A stretch of 64,000 bases of DNA, taken from NCBI GenBank assembly GCA_964016885.1, contig OZ024740.1, positions 431,768,001-431,832,000 of the forward strand, read 5' to 3'. Shown here piece after piece: positions 61,156 through 64,000 of the stretch (positions are counted from its first letter, which is position 1; every line of letters starts with the position of its first letter). A program made the translations under genes and the position numbers. The notes under the pieces were generated by a model. It saw nothing but the letters and a program-made list of their open reading frames with translations. It made no database searches and was not told the origin of the DNA. Source of the stretch: Eledone cirrhosa. Lineage: Eukaryota.

Positions 61156-61756
61156 CTGAAACAGAACAGGAAACATTAAATGAATGAAAAAGATCATTTG
61201 TTTAATTAGATAAACATTTCAATGGATGGAAGAAGGTTTTTGGCTCAAGGTGGACCAAAATAGAAAATAAATTAACATGTTTATAGTGATTGAGTTAAAT
61301 TACCCAGGTATTCATTCATGTAATCATAATGCAATGAGCAATAAAAATCAATTAATAATACTTATGTGAGGAGGAGGAAACATTAGATCAATAATATTAA
61401 TCTAACCTGATCATGCCAAATATGGTTCAAAATCAAGATTACATGAACCTATCTATATAGTTTATGTAAAAGAATAAGGCAAAGTCTGGAAATTCATCTC
61501 TCAATAGAATTGTTGAAAATTTAAAATCTATCTTGCAGATCATTATACAGGTTCTGTTCAACTAGAGAGGAACAGACATCTAATATATTATTGGAAAGTA
61601 AAATATTTAAACTTCTTCCACACGATGGTTGTATTGATATTAAAGCAACTTATGTTGGGCATTTCTCACTCCACATACTAACACAATCTAATTTTAGTCA
61701 TTTGAAACCATTTATAATTTGGTTTTTTCCCTATGACAGTTCTGTGACTTGTTTAA

Positions 61757-62111
61757 CGTTTTAGCATTTAAATCGGCCGTAACCAGCTGCTCATGCGTTA
61801 AGGTATTATTCTCAAAATAAATGTTTCTACTATTAGCACAAGGCCAGCAATTATCCCAGTACATTACTGGTACTTTATTTTCTCAACCTCGTAAGGATGA
61901 AAAGCAAAGTTAACCTTGGCGGGATTTGAACTCAGACCATAAAGGGGCGTAACTCTATGCTGGAAAGCACTGCGTATGACCTACCGATACTGCCAATTCC
62001 TCATTCTCAAAATAAATAATATCAAAATTTCATAGATTCAATATTATGTGAGGTAAAGTGTTTACAATGAAAATACAATAGTATATATAGAATAATGTAG
62101 ATGTTAAAGGG
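61757..62111. mobile_element. Degenerate piggyBac-type MITE with TTAA target sites
   Basis: TTAA|CGTTTTAGCATTTA at 61753 and TAGATGTTAAAGGG|TTAA ending at 62115 (reverse complement TTAA|CCCTTTAACATCTA). TTAA-CCC...GGG-TTAA is the piggyBac signature. Confidence 0.6.
61823..62002 (-). mobile_element. tRNA-derived SINE with a 15-bp target-site duplication, nested in the MITE
   Basis: Minus strand has A-box-like TGGCAGTATCGG, B-box GAGTTCAAATCC, and body GCTTTTCATCCTTACGAGGTTGAGAAAATAAAGTACCAG. ATTCTCAAAATAAAT occurs at 61808-61822 and 62003-62017. Confidence 0.85.
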
Positions 62112-62464
62112 TTAAAGATTGTCTGAGCCATATTGCCCTTCATATCAGGGACAAAAAGTTGTCAGAATTAATGTATTATGTTCTGGCATTCCAATTCATA
62201 TAATGAATGGCTACCATATTGAATGAGAATTTACAATCTGTTGTAATAACAGAATTGTGCTCTTGGATAAGAAACTTAATTCTGTCACAGTTGAGAAATG
62301 ACGAGAAACTAATTCGAGACATGTGACAACAAACATTTTAATGCCATTTCCTCAGCTAAAACAGGTTAGCCTTGTGGGTCCTATATAACAGTCTTTTTTT
62401 TATTTTGATTAATTCTCTACATCATCCCTTCTCCTCCTTTCCTTTTCCATCACCCTCCGAAGCG

Positions 62465-62893
62465 TCTTTCTTCATCTTCCTCAATTTCCAAGGGCGATGA
62501 CACACGACCGTGACCTCGGGCGTCACGCAGTAATACAGAAGACCCGACCCGCCCACAGATACAAGCTAAAGCTGAAGCATATAGACAATATGCCCCCACC
62601 CCCTCCCACTGCAAAAAAATCCCCCAGCCCACACTGTAAAGTGGTTGTGAGGTGCCACGGTAAAAAATCACCCAGCCTACACTGTAAAGTGGACATGTAG
62701 GTGCCACGGAAAAAAAACACCCACCACTCACTGTAAATGAGGTTGGTGTTAGGAAGGGCATCCAGCTGTAGAAATCAAGCCCAAATCAGTTCACGTATGA
62801 GCAAGACAAGGTCAGCCAACTGGACACTACCTACAACAGGACAACCCATCTAACCCATGTTATTGTGGAAAAACAGACGTAAAACGGTAATGA
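62465..62893 (+). mobile_element. 5'-truncated RTE copy of a related subfamily (last ORF codons plus 3'UTR)
   Basis: Encodes MTHDRDLGRHAVIQKTRP versus the LINE end MSLDRDLWRYSVTEKTRL. Shares CACTGTAAA subrepeats, GGTTGGTGTTAGGAAGGGCATCCA, GAGCAAGACAA and GACGT-AAAC with 46130-46340. Confidence 0.85.
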
Positions 62894-63418
62894 TTTATTT
62901 CCTTTCATCCAGTCACTTTCATCTTCAACACACAACCCATCTCGTTCCATTTCACATCACAACATCACTAACTCTATTCCCACCATCTTCTGTAATTTAC
63001 TCTTATTTCTAATCTTACTTATCCACCAAACTATTATTTCCTGTCTTCTCTGTAGCTCCATCTTCAGAACCTATGTCACACACTCATAAATCATGACATT
63101 TCTAACACAGCAAACACTTTTCCCTACAGTTTCAGTAACACTCTGCTGCTCCTCATTGGCAAACCATTTACTTCCCAGAACATCTTTTATTCTAGCTACT
63201 GTCACTGATCTAACCCCACCCCCACTTCTTCAGTCAATATGTCTCTTATGTAAAAATGACAATGAGTACACTGTATTTAGTTGCCAGTACATTTTATATA
63301 TGTATATATATATACACATATATATACGTATGTGGTTGTCGGCCAAGAGAAAGGAGTACTCAATATCAAATCGAAGTAGAATTTAAATATTCATTTTATT
63401 AAGGCTAAAAAAGTGTTT

Positions 63419-63462
63419 TGCTATTCTGGAGTTTCACCTGTTTATCATAGGGTCATCAGACT
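63419..63462 (-). ncRNA. Degenerate minimal type-I hammerhead ribozyme motif (Penelope-like/retrozyme relic)
   Basis: Minus strand reads GT-CTGATGA-cCCTatgataaacAGGt-GAAAC-TCCAGA-ATA-GC, followed by AATAAA about 20 nt downstream. Both core boxes are intact, the stems are imperfect. Confidence 0.55.
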
Positions 63463-63659
63463 GAGCTAATGTTTCCATAGCAGACACAGTATAAGGAAGA
63501 TTTGAGGTGGAGGAGGGGATTTAATTGAGAAGGGGTAATTAAGATGGGATGTGTGTGTGTGTGACAGCTCACACCTATGCAGGTTTAGCTGGCCTCCTCC
63601 AAGGTTTATCTCGTTGGAGGTGTCTTGGGTAATTTAATGATAAGGACCCCAGTCCTATC

Positions 63660-63801
63660 ATCTCATTTCTACAGCTGAGTAAACTGGAGCAACATGAAAT
63701 AAAGTGTCTTGCTCAAGGACACAACACATCACCTGGTCTGAGAATTGAACTCACAACCTTTCGATTGCAAGCCCAATGCTCTAACCACTAAGCCATGCGC
63801 C
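63660..63801 (-). mobile_element. tRNA-derived CORE-like SINE (3'-truncated or diverged)
   Basis: Minus strand GGCGCATGGCTTAGTGGTTAGAGCA (A box)...GAGTTCAATTC (B box), then TGTGTCCTTGAGCAAGACACTT...CTCAGCTGTAGAAATG resembling the CORE domain. Confidence 0.82.
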
Positions 63802-63865
63802 TTCACAATTAAGATAGGATGAGTATCAATAGAAATGATAATACTAAATAAGTGATAAGACAAAC

Positions 63866-64000
63866 CTCCAACAAAACCAACTGGGTTAAACTTATTATCT
63901 GTAGAATCTGTAAAACAATGTAAAGTTGGTCTGAAGGTGGGTGGTAAACTTCCTCCATTACAGGTACTTAACACAAGTTGTTTCTCCAACTCAAACCATT
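63866..64000 (-). CDS. TRAPPC8: TRAPPC8 exon (partial, continues beyond the right edge): WFELEKQLVLSTCNGGSLPPTFRPTLHCFTDSTDNKFNPVGFVG
   Basis: Translation resembles vertebrate TRAPPC8 as I recall it (WRELEEQVV...FHPTQYCLNSYSDNSRFPLAVVE). Donor GAG|GTTTGT at 63865, phase 1, matches the next exon. Confidence 0.88.

Noticed and set aside
63730-63801. tRNA gene
   Set aside because: It has A and B boxes but no proper acceptor stem and runs into a CORE-like body, so it is a SINE head.

Overview
Eukaryotic (animal) genomic DNA, most likely an octopus or related coleoid cephalopod, judged from the SINE and RTE repeat families (inference). The whole window lies inside one minus-strand gene, TRAPPC8 (TRAPPIII subunit, yeast Trs85 homologue). 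I reconstructed 11 GT-AG exons (1775 nt, about 590 aa, about 2.8% of the window) that splice in phase. The introns hold a series of different tandem arrays: 71-, 36-, 62-, 52-, 22/28-, 42- and 29/31-bp units plus GGT/GAT microsatellites, and the 52-bp array alone is about 27 kb. They also hold an intact RTE-clade LINE with a PHD finger inside its RT region, nested in a foldback element; a gag-less CsRn1-like Ty3/Gypsy element inserted in a palindromic satellite; SINEs; a piggyBac-type MITE; and a degenerate minimal hammerhead ribozyme motif. Most ORFs in the supplied track are repeat artefacts. I see no clearly new multi-gene system. The best leads are the one-intron-one-satellite architecture with splice-site-like and transcription-factor-like motifs, the PHD-RTE, the hammerhead motif, and a duplicated in-frame splice acceptor.
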